DNA of 64,000 bases, taken from the NCBI GenBank assembly GCA_040954595.2, contig CM082585.2:10094564-10158563 (forward strand), given 5' to 3'. This DNA comes from Balanoglossus misakiensis (Eukaryota; Animalia; Hemichordata). A model generated the notes under the pieces. It saw only the letters and a program-made list of their open reading frames with translations, ran no database searches and had not been told where the DNA came from. Numbering within the stretch: position 1 is the first letter of the stretch; every line of letters starts with the position of its first letter. Made by a program: the position numbers and the translations under genes. Of this stretch, positions 61,481 through 64,000 are shown in pieces.

Positions 61481-64000
61481 ATGCCTAGATCTAGAAGCAG
61501 GAGCGCCTCTCCTAGGAGGAAACACAGAAGCAAGCACAGATATCGCTCTAGATCGAGAGAAAGAGACCGAAAAAGGACAAGGTCACGATCCCGCTCAAGA
61601 GAGAGGTCATACCGATCGAGAGACCGCGATCGACGACGTACAAGATCGCCGACACGAAGCCCGTCTCCGATGTTAGATATATTCGGGAGAGATGTTAGTC
61701 GAAGAAACGCACAAGAAGAGAAGCAAAGGCGAGACGAGGAAGAAAAACGAGCGGAAATAGAACGACAGAGAAGGATGTAAGTCGCCATATATAATTTTGT
61801 GGGTCATGAAATTTCAACAATATGGCGTTGGGAAAACAACATGCCGTTCGGAATCCCCCGTGTCAATATTGTGAGATTTTATTTCCCGATTTTATCTGGA
61901 TGGTGTTAAATTCCCTATTGTTAGAGGAAAATCCATTTCTGGGCTGAGAAATGTATTTTTCTTTGTCTGGGGCCGACAGATGCGACGTACATCAGTTGTT
62001 GCAGGTAGTTGGCGCTGTGCCACAGTGCAGGGCAGTACCGTTGTGGGCGCTGTCACTCATAATGTGCATTTCTGTTTACATTGTGCAATCTCTTGATGGG
62101 AAGGGTACAAATATTTGCAGAAATTGATCCAAGTTTATATAAATAATTCAGAGGATAACGAATTCTTTTCCACAAATTTTTACAGACGACAGCAAGAAAT
62201 GGAAGCCAAACTCATTGAAGAGGAAGTCGCCAAGAGGGTGGAAGAAATGGTTGCCAAGCGCGTTGAGGAAGAGCTGGAAAAACGGAAAGATGACATAGAG
62301 GCAGAAGTTCTCCGGCGTGTGGAGGAGGCCAAACGAATTATGGAAAAACAAATGCTTGAGGAACTTGAACGGCAAAGAGAAGAAGAATTAGCAGCACAAC
62401 GTGCCAAAGAGGTAAAGAATTTTTTCTTTGGGTTTAGGGCAACCCTGGCAAATTTTTGTGTAAAATTAGGAATGTTTAAGAATACTTATTTTCTCTGTAA
62501 TAAAGGAATGCGTTTTCCAAGAACTTGGTGACACTGAACTGATCTGAAGAAATGACAATCCAAGCTGTTTTACAGTTAATGAGAAACAGTTTTCAACTCT
62601 GACAGAATAACAGTTAGGGTTTATTTGTACAGAGCTTAGTCGTGCCAAAAGTATCTTTTGTGACAAGCAAAGATTTGCCAGGGTTGCATCTTGGAGGCAG
62701 CAGCTGGTCTCTTTCACCAAAGCCAGACAAATGACACAATATCAACAAAAGAGCTGCTTTTACTGTTGATCGTTTGGATAATGTACCAGTGGTGTTCTCC
62801 ATTATGGATGCATTCGTTTCTGACCTTGTGAACTTTCTGTCACTAGCTAGTGTTGATTATTCAAAGGCTGAATGTTGATCAGTCAAGGACTGAGCTGACC
62901 TCTGAATGTCTAACAGAGAGAAAATGTTATTTTCATGGTGAGAAAAGCATGCAATTTCAGGCCCTGTACATTATATGGGGCTGGAACGAGACTCTGGCAA
63001 AGGACTATTGGTTATGAACCTCACAAGCCACAGGTTTCTAGAAAATGTTTATTTTTGCAAAGTCAGGTTTTTCACATCCTGTGGAGCACACCATTACAAA
63101 ATGACTCTGCTTTGGTGGAGACCAGCTAATGTCATCCAAGCAGAAAGGGGGGTGGTGTAACGGTTTGGTCAACATACGTGCAACAATTCTCTCCTTAGTT
63201 TTCAATAGGAGCAGACCAGGCTGCCTAAGGAAAGCCTATATCAATTTGGCAAGTTATTTTAACTTTTTTTCCCCCGTCAAAGAAAATAAACCAGAAATGG
63301 TACCTCTTTTTCAATCCTGATCAATGGCTACTAAAACATTTTTTTGTGGATCAAAGACAATCATGCCAGAATGGGAGCATAACATTGTCCTGCACAAGAC
63401 TGTAAGATATGTGAATTGACATTGGTAGGCAAGGATCATAGCTGGTGCATAGACAGTTTTAAAAAAAGTAGGATAATAAACAGTGAAGGGAGGAATAAAA
63501 GAAGTAAGCTGTAGAACTGTTGAAGATGCTGTTTGTGTGGATTTGATCAAAGGAAAGAAAAGCAGTTCACTATATGATCTGTGGATGCCAGGAAGGCCCA
63601 AGCATTTGCCGAAGGTATTTATTACTTTCAGTGTACTGAACTGAAAGTGTACATTTTGGTACAGTACCAAAGTAAAAATTATATCGGGCTGAATATTACA
63701 CAGGTGAGGTACCACGGTAAGGTGATGAATTCTTATCTTTGCACTCTAGTTATTGTGTACTTGTAGGCCAGTCATTTTGTTTCTCCAGTATGTTGTTTTT
63801 GTGTATGTGTGTGATGCTTGAGTTAACCAAACACAACCCCACATTAGCTCATGTTCATTCTGCAGCCGACAGTCAAAAACACCACATAGACTGCCAGTAT
63901 TTGAATCTTCCAACGATAACGTGAGAAATTTGTTTCTTTTTCCAGGAGGAGGAACGAGTAAAAAGGGAGGAGCTTGAGAAAATTATGGAGGAAAATCAGC
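61481..64000 (+). CDS. ARGLU1: Arginine- and glutamate-rich protein 1, 5' part (3 exons, runs off the window end)
   Basis: Exons 61481-61776, 62186-62411, 63946->64000. RS-rich N-terminus, [85 protein letters not shown]. Confidence 0.95.

Noticed and set aside
63722-63830. GTGATGA C-box suggesting an intronic C/D snoRNA in ARGLU1
   Set aside because: No suitably placed CTGA D-box or terminal stem.

Overview
Eukaryotic (animal) genomic DNA with short GT-AG introns, probably a marine invertebrate deuterostome (hemichordate/echinoderm-like; taxon is inference). The window opens in an 87-bp AT-rich satellite array (1-1447), then runs into a compact gene-dense block: a small orphan gene (-) resembling an internal insertion of condensin subunit CAP-D2/NCAPD2, an LRR (FBXL/AMN1/Rad7-like) gene (+), RNF13 (-), an 11-exon MARS2 (-), GPR161 (+), a complete ~76-exon axonemal dynein heavy chain DNAH2 (+, with a U12-type intron) and the 5' part of ARGLU1 (+). 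Introns carry microsatellites, a recurrent ~85-bp TTAA/CCC-ended MITE and a long palindromic element. Best leads: the CAP-D2-like mini-gene beside the satellite, two hidden alternative exons (90 nt and 3 nt) in the two longest DNAH2 introns, and the long ARGLU1 intron 2. No rRNA, tRNA or CRISPR seen. Gene models were built by eye from splice signals and frame continuity; homologies are from memory, not database searches.
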